Positions 1-7,970 of a stretch of 64,000 bases of DNA are shown here, piece by piece (the stretch's first letter is position 1; every line of letters begins with the position of its first letter). The DNA comes from Acidobacteriota bacterium (lineage in GTDB: Bacteria > Acidobacteriota > Terriglobia > Bryobacterales > UBA6623). Below the pieces are notes generated by a model. The model saw only the letters and a list, made by a program, of their open reading frames with translations. It was not told the origin of the DNA and did not search any database. The stretch covers positions 96 to 64,095 of the forward strand of contig JAQCLD010000003.1 in NCBI GenBank assembly GCA_027592785.1, given 5' to 3'. Made by a program: the position numbers and the translations under genes.

Positions 1-329
1 AGGAGTCTGGCCCGTGTCTCAGTGCCAGTGTGGCCGTGTGCCCTCTCAGGCCGGCTATCGATCGTAGCCTTGGTGAGCCATTACCCCACCAACTAGCTAA
101 TCGACCGCGGGCTCATCCTTGAGCGCATAAAGCTTTCATCCCGAAGGATCGTATGCGGTATTAGCTTCGGTTTCCCAAAGTTATTCCCCACTCAAGGGCA
201 GATTACCCACGTGTTACTCACCCGTCCGCCACTTTACTCGCCCCCCGAAGGGAACTTTCTCGTTCGACTTGCATGTGTTAAGCGCGCCGCCAGCGTTGAT
301 TCTGAGCCGGGATCAAACTCTCGAGTAAT
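1..329 (-). rRNA. rrs: 16S ribosomal RNA, 5' portion (gene continues beyond the window start)
   Basis: Reverse complement of 311-321 reads AGAGTTTGATC (universal 5' primer site), continuing CCGGCTCAGAATCAACGCTGGCGGCGCGCTTAACACATGCAAGTCGAACG. Reverse complement of 1-23 reads ACTGAGACACGGGCCAGACTCCT, a conserved 16S block near E. coli position 320-342. The mature 5' end is placed about 8 nt upstream of AGAGTTTG by analogy only. Confidence 0.97.
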
Positions 330-447
330 TTTTTGACGTCTGCTGATCATCCCGAAGGATTCACAACAAACAATCTCGTAGAGTCTGTCGTCCGACCTAA
401 AACTCGGTACTGACGAAATTGTTATATGGACTGCGCGTCCAACCAAA

Positions 448-460
448 CTGTCAAAGATCA
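448..460 (-). promoter_or_regulatory. boxA-like antitermination element in the rRNA leader
   Basis: The minus strand reads TGATCTTTGACAG, about 120 nt upstream of the 16S 5' end. It matches the E. coli rrn boxA TGCTCTTTAACAA at 10 of 13 positions. GC-rich leader hairpins lie nearby (CCCCTC-TTGG-GAGGGG at 543-558; CGAGTC-AACTA-GACTCG at 654-670). Confidence 0.45.
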
Positions 461-697
461 ATGCCTTTCGGATCGACTGCGGATTTCTCCGCATCCCCGA
501 CCAGGCCGACCTAAATCCGTTTCGACCGCGAGAAACCTATCACCCCTCTTGGGAGGGGCCGAAAAGCACCCTGCGGTCTTATGAGATCTTAGCGGTAGAA
601 CTCACTTTGAGTTCCTGGTCCTGAGACCCTGTCGCTTACGCTCCGGGCTGGATTCGAGTCAACTAGACTCGGCCAGCGGTCCCGTGGCGCACTCACA

Positions 698-745
698 ACA
701 TTAGCACTGCGCGATCTTCTGAGCAAGCGGTTTCTTGCTTTTTTC
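698..745 (-). promoter_or_regulatory. Candidate rRNA operon promoter with an A-rich UP-like element
   Basis: The minus strand reads CTGAAAAAAGCAAGAAACCGC-TTGCTC-(17 nt)-TAATGT-TGTGAGT-GCGCCAC. Candidate -35 is at 721-726 and -10 at 698-703, with an A-tract upstream and a GCGCCAC discriminator-like block downstream, as in E. coli rrnB P1. Pattern match only. Confidence 0.3.
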
Positions 746-815
746 AGATTTCCGCGCAACTAACGCCGCGACTTCAAGTAAGAGTAGCACCTCTGCTCAG
801 TGCTGGCAACTTGAT

Positions 816-3491
816 TCAGGCTTTCTTGATGGTTTTTTTCGCCTTCTTGGCGACCCGCTTCTTAGCGGCCTTCTTCGTTGCTTTTTTCTTGCTCGCTTTC
901 TTGCGCACAGGACGCTTCCCGCCACCCTCGGCGATGCGCAGTGCGCGGGCCTCAAGCAACGCTACGGCCTGCTCCATGTTGACGTCTTCCGGGGCCGTCC
1001 CGCGGGGCACGGAGGCGTTGATCTCGCCGTCGGTGACGTAGGGGCCGAAACGCCCCGCCAGGATCTTCAGCGGCTTGTCTGTGCCCGGATGGGGGCCCAA
1101 TTCCTTGAGCGGCGCGGCGGGCTCAGCCCGGCCCCGGCGACCTTTGGGCTGCTTGAGCAGTTCCACGGCCTTCTCTAGCGTGATATCCAACGGCGAAACG
1201 TCGCCTGGGGGGATGGAACGGATCTCTTCGCCGGACTTCACGTACGGGCCGAATCTGCCGTTCGCCGCCAACACTTCTTCGCCAGTTTCCGGATGCGGCC
1301 CAATCACGCGAGGGAGCGTCAGCAGCCGCAGCGCTAGGGCTAGGTCGACTTCCGTCTCGGCCATCCCGGGCAGCAGGGAGGCCATCTTGGGCTTAACGCC
1401 TTCTTCGGCCTCTCCCAACTGCACGTAAGGACCGAAACGGCCGGCTTTCAGGAACACCGGCTTGCCGGTCTCCGGATCTTCTCCGAGCGCTTCGGGGCCT
1501 TTGGCGGCGATCTCCAGCATCTCGACCGCACGTTCGACCGTCAGATAGTCGGGGGGCGTGTCATCGGGAACTCCCGTGCGCAGTTCGCCCATCGACAGGA
1601 ACGGGCCGTAGCGCCCGATGCGCACTTCGATCTCTTGCCCGTCTTCGGTCTTGCCGATTGGCAGTCCGCAAACTTCGCGCGGATCGATGGACTCTTCGCC
1701 TTTTTCGACGAGGGCCTTCAGGCCCGGGTGACCGTTGCCAAAGTAGAAGCTGCGCAGGTAGGTGTTGCGATCCGCTTCACCTCTGGAGATGGCATCGAGA
1801 TCGTCCTCTAGCCGCGCTGTGAATGCGTAGTCGACCACATTGGCGAAGTGCTTCTCCAACAAGCCGACGACGGCCATGGCGGTGAACGTCGGCACGAGCG
1901 CAGTGCCCTTTTTAAAGGCGTAGGAGCGCGAAAGCACAAGATCGACGATCGTGGCCCAAGTGGACGGCCGACCGATGCCCAGACGCTCCAGCTCGCGAAT
2001 CAACGCGCCTTCGGTGAAACGCGACGGCGGCTGCGTGTGACGCTCTTGGGCGTCGACTTCGCCCGTCTTGAGCAGGTCATTGGCCGCCATGCTGGGCAGA
2101 ACCTTTTCGTGACCGCCCAGTTCGGCGGTGAGATCTTCTCCGGCGAGGTAAGCACGCAGAAAGCCAGGGAATTCGACGGTCTTGCCGGCGGCGCGGAAAC
2201 GGCCCGAGCCTGCTTCGACGATGACCACGATATTGGTACCGCGGGCGTCCGGCATCTGGCTGGCCAGAGTGCGCCGCAGAATCATCTCGTAAACCTTACC
2301 CGCCTCGGGGCCAAGCTGCTGGCGCACGCGCGCGGCATCGGCGAAATCCTCGCCTGCGGGGCGAATCGCTTCGTGAGCTTCTTGTGCGTTCTTGACCTTG
2401 GTCTGGTATTGGCGCGGCGCCGGGAGCTGGTATTCCGCCCCAAAATTGGCGCCGATGTACTTGTGCGCGCCTTGCAATGCCTCGTTCGACAGCGTCGTCG
2501 AATCGGTACGCATGTAGGTGATGAAGCCGTTCTCGTAGAGCTGCTGGGCGATGGTCATCGTCCGCCGCGCCGACAGCCGCAGCTTGCGGTTGCCGTCCTG
2601 CTGCAGCGTGCTGGTGACGTAGGGAGCGGCCGGAGAGCGCGTAAAGGGCTTCTGTTCGACGGATGCGACCTTGGCCTGAGCAGCCAGTACTTCGGCACGA
2701 AGCTTCTCGGCCTCGGGGCCGCTCAACGTAAAGAGTCCGTCTTTTTCTTTGAGCAGACCAGTATCGGGATCGAAGTCCCGGCTCATGGCCACGCGGCGGT
2801 CGCCTACGTAGGTCAACTCTGTCTCGAAGTTCTCGCCGTTCTTGGCGAATGTCGCCTTCAGGCCCCAGTAGGAGGCGCTACGGAAGCGAATGCGGTCGCG
2901 CTCGCGCTCGACCAATAGCCGCACGGAAACACTCTGGACGCGCCCGGCGCTCAGGCCCCGCGCCATCTTCTTCCACAACAGCGGGCTCACCCGGTAGCCG
3001 AACAACCGATCGACGATCCGGCGGGTCTCTTGGGCCTCAACCAGGCTGAAGTCGATATCGCGGGGATTCTCGAGCGCGTGCTGAATCGCCTCTTTGGTGA
3101 TCTCGTGGAAGACCAATCGCTTGATCGGGACCGTGGGCTTGAGCGTCTCCAGCAGATGCCAGCTGATCGACTCCCCTTCGCGGTCTTCGTCAGTCGCCAG
3201 GTAGATTTCTTTGGCGTTCTTGACCAGCTCTTTGAGTTCTTTGACGTGCGCTTTTTTGCTGGCAGGCACAACGTAGAGCGGCCAGAAGTCGTTGTCGACG
3301 TCCACGCCTAGGTCTTTCCAAGGCGCCGTTTTGTACTTGAGCGGTACCTCGGATTGGCTCTGCGGCAAGTCGCGTATATGGCCGTTTGAGGCCTTAACGA
3401 CGTAATCCTTGCCCAAAAAACGCTCGATCGTGCGTGCTTTGGTCGGCGACTCGACTATGACCAGCGAGCGCTGGCCCGATTCCTTCGGCAT
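816..3491 (-). CDS. topA: DNA topoisomerase I (type IA) with zinc-free C-terminal repeats and a Lys-rich tail
   Basis: 891 aa ORF. N-terminal Toprim block LVIVESPTKARTIERFLG. Active-site Tyr context GFITYMRTDS. Four C-terminal GR(F/Y)GP(Y/F) repeats in place of Cys4 zinc ribbons. Tail reads KKASKKKATKKAAKKRVAKKAKKTIKKA. Confidence 0.97.
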   Translation of the reverse strand: MPKESGQRSLVIVESPTKARTIERFLGKDYVVKASNGHIRDLPQSQSEVPLKYKTAPWKDLGVDVDNDFWPLYVVPASKKAHVKELKELVKNAKEIYLATDEDREGESISWHLLETLKPTVPIKRLVFHEITKEAIQHALENPRDIDFSLVEAQETRRIVDRLFGYRVSPLLWKKMARGLSAGRVQSVSVRLLVERERDRIRFRSASYWGLKATFAKNGENFETELTYVGDRRVAMSRDFDPDTGLLKEKDGLFTLSGPEAEKLRAEVLAAQAKVASVEQKPFTRSPAAPYVTSTLQQDGNRKLRLSARRTMTIAQQLYENGFITYMRTDSTTLSNEALQGAHKYIGANFGAEYQLPAPRQYQTKVKNAQEAHEAIRPAGEDFADAARVRQQLGPEAGKVYEMILRRTLASQMPDARGTNIVVIVEAGSGRFRAAGKTVEFPGFLRAYLAGEDLTAELGGHEKVLPSMAANDLLKTGEVDAQERHTQPPSRFTEGALIRELERLGIGRPSTWATIVDLVLSRSYAFKKGTALVPTFTAMAVVGLLEKHFANVVDYAFTARLEDDLDAISRGEADRNTYLRSFYFGNGHPGLKALVEKGEESIDPREVCGLPIGKTEDGQEIEVRIGRYGPFLSMGELRTGVPDDTPPDYLTVERAVEMLEIAAKGPEALGEDPETGKPVFLKAGRFGPYVQLGEAEEGVKPKMASLLPGMAETEVDLALALRLLTLPRVIGPHPETGEEVLAANGRFGPYVKSGEEIRSIPPGDVSPLDITLEKAVELLKQPKGRRGRAEPAAPLKELGPHPGTDKPLKILAGRFGPYVTDGEINASVPRGTAPEDVNMEQAVALLEARALRIAEGGGKRPVRKKASKKKATKKAAKKRVAKKAKKTIKKA

Positions 3492-3525
3492 AATTTAGCT
3501 GGACTCCAACGAGGCGGCGCGCGTT

Positions 3526-4692
3526 TCAATCTCTCCACGCCAGCACGAAGCTTTTCCCCGGAAGCTGTTTGACCGAGCCGAACAGTTCTAGTTCGCTCAA
3601 CGCAGCCAGTACATCCGCGGGAGACTCGCCTCTTACTGTGCGGATGATCTCGTCAATATGCAAGGCCTCGTCGATACGAAGCAGCGCAAGGATCTTCTTA
3701 CCGGTCGGACTCACCTGCTCCCCGAACAAGCTCGTTTGCGCCAGCGCAGGGCCTTGTTGAGTGCTTGACCGTTCGCGATAAACCAGTTCCTGGCGGACCG
3801 TTTGCGGCAATTCTTCGATTACGTCGAGAGCTTCCTGGATCAGCTTAGCACCGTCTTTGATGAGCAAGTTCGGGCCCCAACTCTGCTGCGAAACAATCGG
3901 TCCGGGCACCGCCATCACTTCGCGGTCTTGCTCCATCGCCAGCCGCGCGGTGATCAGCGAGCCGCTGTATTGCGCTCCTTCCACCACCACAACCGCCAAA
4001 CTCATGCCGCTGATGATGCGGTTGCGGATCGGGAAATTTTGAGGGAATGGTACCGAGCCCAGAGGGAACTCAGATACAACCAGACCACGCTCGACCAACT
4101 CGTCGTAGAGTTTGCGATTCTCGCGCGGGTAGGGAACGTCGACGCCCGTGCCGAGAACGGCGATCGACGCTCCGCCGCCCGCCAACGCGCCCTTGTGTGC
4201 CGCCGCATCGATGCCGCGGGCCATGCCGCTGACATGAACCAGCCCAGCCTCGACCAAGTCTCTGACGATCTTCTCGGCGACCGCGCGCCCATAAGGGGTT
4301 GGACGGCGGGTTCCGACAACGGCCACGCTTGGGCCCGCAAGCAGTCCCAGGTCGCCTTTGGCGTAGAGCAACACCGGCGGATCGTGAATCTCCTTGAGCA
4401 GTTGCGGATAGCGCGGATCTTGGTAAGGGATCACTGCCACGCCGATCGCTTCCGCCTTGCGTAATTCGTCCGCCGCTCCCTCATAGCTCAGCCCGGAGTG
4501 AATCGCCTCAATCACGGCCCCGCGCAGCCTCGGCATGGCCGTCTTCAGGTCGATGAGCGAGGCATGGAAGATCCCTTCGGGGTGACCGAAGATCTGGATG
4601 AGTCGAAGTGCGTTCCGGGCTCCAAGCCCCGGAGTGAGGTGTAGTGCCAGCCAGTTGAGCTGCGTCTCCTGGGTGGCGGCAGGCGCTGCCAT
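3526..4692 (-). CDS. dprA: DNA-processing protein DprA/Smf
   Basis: 388 aa ORF with the Rossmann-like DprA core VSGMARGIDAAAHKGAL...SIAVLGTGVDVPYPRENRKLYDEL. It sits immediately upstream of topA, which is the conserved smf-topA synteny. Confidence 0.93.
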   Translation of the reverse strand: MAAPAATQETQLNWLALHLTPGLGARNALRLIQIFGHPEGIFHASLIDLKTAMPRLRGAVIEAIHSGLSYEGAADELRKAEAIGVAVIPYQDPRYPQLLKEIHDPPVLLYAKGDLGLLAGPSVAVVGTRRPTPYGRAVAEKIVRDLVEAGLVHVSGMARGIDAAAHKGALAGGGASIAVLGTGVDVPYPRENRKLYDELVERGLVVSEFPLGSVPFPQNFPIRNRIISGMSLAVVVVEGAQYSGSLITARLAMEQDREVMAVPGPIVSQQSWGPNLLIKDGAKLIQEALDVIEELPQTVRQELVYRERSSTQQGPALAQTSLFGEQVSPTGKKILALLRIDEALHIDEIIRTVRGESPADVLAALSELELFGSVKQLPGKSFVLAWRD

Positions 4693-5301
4693 TGAGTAAT
4701 AGAGGTCTCCGACTCTAGCAACTCCACTAGCGTGGCGCTAGTCCCGCCTGCGCGGGGTGTTGCCCTGTGGGGGGCAAGCAGCCGATGACCGCCGACGTAC
4801 CAACCCACGAAAGTCAGCGGCCTCTCCTCTCACCCTTACCGAGCCCCCGTCACCTCCACTCGCCCACGCTGAACAGAGCCGCGGCCGTCAGGGAGTCGGT
4901 TTCTTCAAACCAGCAACGACACCGCAGCGCCACTACTGTTCCCGACCCCGGAACTCTTCGTACCAGTTCTCGACGGCGCGGATGGTTGTGGCTTCCTCGC
5001 TGTCCTCGCTCCCGACCGGCCCCCGAGCAGCACAAACCGTTGACCGTCAGGAAGACATCTTTCTAGCCCAGGACTTCAGTCCTGAGGAGCCGCCAACAGC
5101 ACGGCCCTCCAGCCCCCCCAGGCTAGCCCGGTTCACCCTCCTTGCCCCGTTGGTAGAGATGCTGCGGGTCGCCTTCGTGTCGACATAACTTCTACGGGTC
5201 ATAACTTTCACTGGCGGCAATCAGACTCGCCAGACGGATTCGCGTCAAAGTGTGGCCCTCGTGTATGCCTCCGACATCCGCCAGACAGCTCGATCACCCT
5301 T

Positions 5302-5901
5302 TCACGGCTGCCCACCGACGACGCAGCTCTTTGCCGCGTGATCGACAACCTTCATGAGATCCGCGCGGCTCGCGCCGTCGCTGGCAAGCTGTGAAACGCC
5401 CCGCAGAACGCCGACGATGAACTGAGCGAGAGTACGGGGCGATGCAGTCAGCTCCTCTCCGCGATCGGCAAAAGCCCGGAAGCGTTGGCGGAGGGCCTGC
5501 TCTAATCCCCCGTTGATCTGCTGGGTAATCGCGCATGCCTGGGAATCGCTCGGCGCGCCGGATCCTCCGCTCTGGAAGATGGCGCAACCCGTAGGCAGGC
5601 CCTTCGTGGTGTAGAGTTTCACCAATCCACGCATGAGCTTGCGGACAAACTCGACAGCCTCTTCGCCGTCATCCGACGCGAGCTTCTTCATCGTCGCCCC
5701 GGCATAAGTCTCCACGTAGCGACCAATTGCGCGTCGGAAAAGGTCTTCCTTGCTCCCGAAAGCGTTGTAGATGCTCGATGGCCCCAAGCCGATTGCTTCG
5801 CTCAGGTCGGCAATGGAAGTGCGGTCGTAGCCGTGCTCCCAGAACAGCAGAAGGGCTCGCTCCACAGCGACATCTTCCGGGATGGATCGTGGTCTCGACA
5901 T
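5302..5901 (-). CDS. TetR/AcrR family transcriptional regulator
   Basis: 199 aa ORF. N-terminal HTH reads ALLLFWEHGYDRTSIADLSEAIGLGPSSIYNAFGSKEDLF. It is divergent from the cupin gene. Confidence 0.9.
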   Translation of the reverse strand: MSRPRSIPEDVAVERALLLFWEHGYDRTSIADLSEAIGLGPSSIYNAFGSKEDLFRRAIGRYVETYAGATMKKLASDDGEEAVEFVRKLMRGLVKLYTTKGLPTGCAIFQSGGSGAPSDSQACAITQQINGGLEQALRQRFRAFADRGEELTASPRTLAQFIVGVLRGVSQLASDGASRADLMKVVDHAAKSCVVGGQP

Positions 5902-5941
5902 GGCTTCTCCTAGGTTTTAGTCATTTTACTTCAAAACAGGG

Positions 5942-5986
5942 TTGACGTCGAGCGAAGGATCGAGTATATTTTGAAGTGTTCACTTC
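5942..5986 (+). promoter_or_regulatory. Sigma70-type promoter plus palindromic operator upstream of the cupin gene
   Basis: TTGACG (5942-5947), a 17 nt spacer, then TATATT (5965-5970). Immediately downstream is the perfect 14-bp palindrome GAAGTGTTCACTTC (5973-5986). A further ACTTC half-site lies at 5928-5932 in the TetR 5' region. Confidence 0.45.
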
Positions 5987-6032
5987 ATAACTAGCCGCGG
6001 ACGGCGGCTACCGACACTCAGGAGAATCCATC

Positions 6033-6746
6033 GTGACCTCGAAAACATTCCTTCACACAGCCCTCGTAGCGACCCTCGCCGGGGCAGCAGCTCTAAGCGG
6101 TGCGGCGAACGCCGGCGCGCCGGAGAGTTCGACCAGACTACTGACGGCAAACTTTGCATCTCGTCAGGTGGTGCAAGTGGAAGTCGGTGATTTCCACTTC
6201 AAGCCGGGTCAGGTCGCACCCATCCATACGCACGCGGCGCCAGCCGTCGGTTATGTCGCCAAGGGCATGATCATCTATCAAGTCGAGGGAGAGAAGCCGC
6301 AGATCTTGGAGGCGGGCGACGTCTTCTATGAGCCCGTGGGCCCACGCATCTTGCGCTTCGACAACGCTTCGGCCACCGAAGAGGCAATCTTTCTCGACTT
6401 CAATCTCGAACAAGTCGACGAGCCTTTCATCGTCTTCGAAGAGCAGCCAACTGAGGCGATTGATCGCCGCACGCTCCCAACCATCGACGTCGCAGACACC
6501 AACGTTGATCAAGTGGATGTCTACTCCAGCGAGCTCGCTCCTAGCGGGACTCTGCACCTGAGAAACCAAGAGTCGACGCTTGGCCTCGTCTCTGAAGGCA
6601 TCATCGAAATTCGGATTGAGGGCGAGCCCACGCAGCGCATGGCCGCTGGAGAGAGCTTCTATCTGACGACCGCGGGCGTGCCGGCAACCGTCGTCAATGC
6701 GTCGGCTGAAGTACCGGCCAAGGTAATTACCTTTCGCCTTCGTTGA
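6033..6746 (+). CDS. Secreted cupin-domain (bicupin-like) protein
   Basis: 237 aa ORF with a GTG start preceded by AGGAGA. Signal peptide ends ...LSGAANAGA. The cupin core is PGQVAPIHTHAAPAVGYVAKG...GDVFYEP, and a second, degenerate beta-barrel half follows. Confidence 0.8.
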   Translation: MTSKTFLHTALVATLAGAAALSGAANAGAPESSTRLLTANFASRQVVQVEVGDFHFKPGQVAPIHTHAAPAVGYVAKGMIIYQVEGEKPQILEAGDVFYEPVGPRILRFDNASATEEAIFLDFNLEQVDEPFIVFEEQPTEAIDRRTLPTIDVADTNVDQVDVYSSELAPSGTLHLRNQESTLGLVSEGIIEIRIEGEPTQRMAAGESFYLTTAGVPATVVNASAEVPAKVITFRLR

Positions 6747-6914
6747 CTTCGATTCGCGACAAGGGCGCAGCCTTCTACGACTTGTCTTCGATACAAGCGG
6801 CATGGACCGTTACGGAACTTCGCGGGCTCTCAATAGCCCGCGGCCACGGGGCGACTCGCCCTACAACCAACCCGGTCCTTTTGCCCGGCGAACACAGAGA
6901 GAGGAGAGAAAGAA

Positions 6915-7718
6915 ATGAAACATTACCTATTGGTACACGGCGCTTGGGAAGGTTCTTGGAGCTGGGAAGACACGACGCCTATCTTAGAAAGCCCTGAGCG
7001 TACAGTGACGGTCGTGGACCTCCCCGGCAGCTACGGCAACAAGCAGCCAATCTCAGAAGTCACGATGGCGAGCTATGTACAAACCGTGGCGGATGCGACC
7101 AGAAAACTGGACCACGAGGTCATCCTAGTCGGCCACATTCTGGGAGGCGCAGTGATTTCTCAGGTGGCGGAGCTGATCCCACAGAAGATCGAAAGGCTTG
7201 TCTACGTCGCCGCCTTCCTCCTCGAAAACGGGGATAGCGTCATAGAAGCCATGCAGCGGGATCCTGCAGGCGAATTTCTGCCGCAGCTTGCCTTTTCCGA
7301 CGACCAAAGTTACGTCACCGCTTCAGAGCAAACGCTGCGGGATGTCGCGTTTCACGACGTCGAGGAGAAGACCATTCAACCTGCGTTGGCGCGAATGGCC
7401 GAACGGCAAGCCACGGAACCCTTCGTGGCAAAGGCCGTCGTCAGCGACGAGCGGTTTGGCTCGGTGCCAAAAACCTTCATTCGTACGGACCTCGACAAGA
7501 TGGTCACTCCCGCGTTGCAAGAGGAAATGCTCGGCAATTGGAAGGTGGACCAAGTTCACCGCTTGCGGTCCGGGCACTTCCCCACGCTTTCGATGCCGGA
7601 AGAGTTGGCGGATGTTCTCAGCCTTGTAGGCAGGACCCGTCCCGCCCTCGCCGAGCCTATCGGCGATGCGGCAGCGGCTGATGCCAGAGCCGAAAACGCG
7701 GCGGAGGTTGGCGCGTGA
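6915..7718 (+). CDS. Alpha/beta-hydrolase fold protein (methylesterase/SABP2-like family) lacking the nucleophile Ser
   Basis: 267 aa ORF. N-terminus LLVHGAWEGSWSWED. The nucleophile elbow reads LVGHILGG, where the family has LVGHS(x)GG. The C-terminal SGHFP histidine motif is retained. Confidence 0.85.
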   Translation: MKHYLLVHGAWEGSWSWEDTTPILESPERTVTVVDLPGSYGNKQPISEVTMASYVQTVADATRKLDHEVILVGHILGGAVISQVAELIPQKIERLVYVAAFLLENGDSVIEAMQRDPAGEFLPQLAFSDDQSYVTASEQTLRDVAFHDVEEKTIQPALARMAERQATEPFVAKAVVSDERFGSVPKTFIRTDLDKMVTPALQEEMLGNWKVDQVHRLRSGHFPTLSMPEELADVLSLVGRTRPALAEPIGDAAAADARAENAAEVGA

Positions 7719-7794
7719 TCGCACGCTAGAGCGATGACCCGAAAGGAGCTTTGCCCATCCCGCGACTTGGCGCCGCTATTGAGCTGGAGCCAAG

Positions 7795-7834
7795 AACGGC
7801 CTGCTCGATGCGAACAGGCCGTTTTCTCGTTCTC
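7795..7834 (+). terminator. Putative intrinsic terminator after the hydrolase gene
   Basis: AACGGCCTG (7795-7803), an 11-nt loop, then CAGGCCGTT (7815-7823), followed by TTCTCGTTCTC. This gives a 9-bp stem with only a moderately U-rich tail. Confidence 0.4.
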
Positions 7835-7970
7835 GATGGGGCGACCGCAAATGTCCACTAGAGCTAGACACCACAGGGGGTCCCTCTACTAAACAAACCG
7901 GAGATTGCCTGACATTTGCGGCCAATCGGCGGCGCCTGCCGGTCGTGCCGCGGGCAGGCAAGGGCAGCGG

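Noticed and set aside
451-456. TTGACA (minus strand) as the -35 of an rRNA promoter
   Set aside because: No acceptable -10 lies at 16-18 nt: the candidates are GTCCAT at 17 nt and TATAAC only at 22 nt. The surrounding TGATCTTTGACAG fits boxA better.
234-494. 86-aa minus-strand ORF from the track
   Set aside because: It lies inside the 16S rRNA 5' end and its leader. The sequence is explained by the rRNA gene, and the translation is low-complexity.
722-744. Hairpin plus T-run as a genuine plus-strand intrinsic terminator, or as the topA terminator
   Set aside because: No plus-strand gene ends upstream of it. On the minus (topA) strand the stem is followed by CAGAAGATC, not a U-tract. I reinterpret it as the A-tract/-35 region of the rrn promoter, though this remains unproven.
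1848-2918. 356-aa plus-strand ORF antisense to topA. It stands for many similar long antisense ORFs, e.g. 25814-27130, 26319-27650, 32252-32950, 33167-33898, 34439-35347, 37639-38328, 39040-39759, 39766-40518, 47633-48445, 52199-52981 and 63357-63995.
   Set aside because: These are typical high-GC shadow ORFs. They are Arg/Ala/Gly/Pro-rich, carry no recognisable motifs, and are wholly overlapped by opposite-strand or other-frame genes with strong family signatures.
4693-5301. RNase P RNA, tmRNA, SRP RNA or cobalamin riboswitch in the dprA-TetR gap
   Set aside because: Fragments resemble known motifs: GAAGTCCTGGGCT versus the P4 GAAAGTCCGGGCT, GGTAAGGGTGAGAGG, and GCGCCACTACTGT versus the B12 CCGCCACTG. 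The required partner strands are missing, however, including the complementary P4 3' strand, a T-arm/ACCA end and a B12 box. The spacing is wrong, and a plus-strand riboswitch would have no downstream gene. The GAAGTCC match is part of a simple palindrome.
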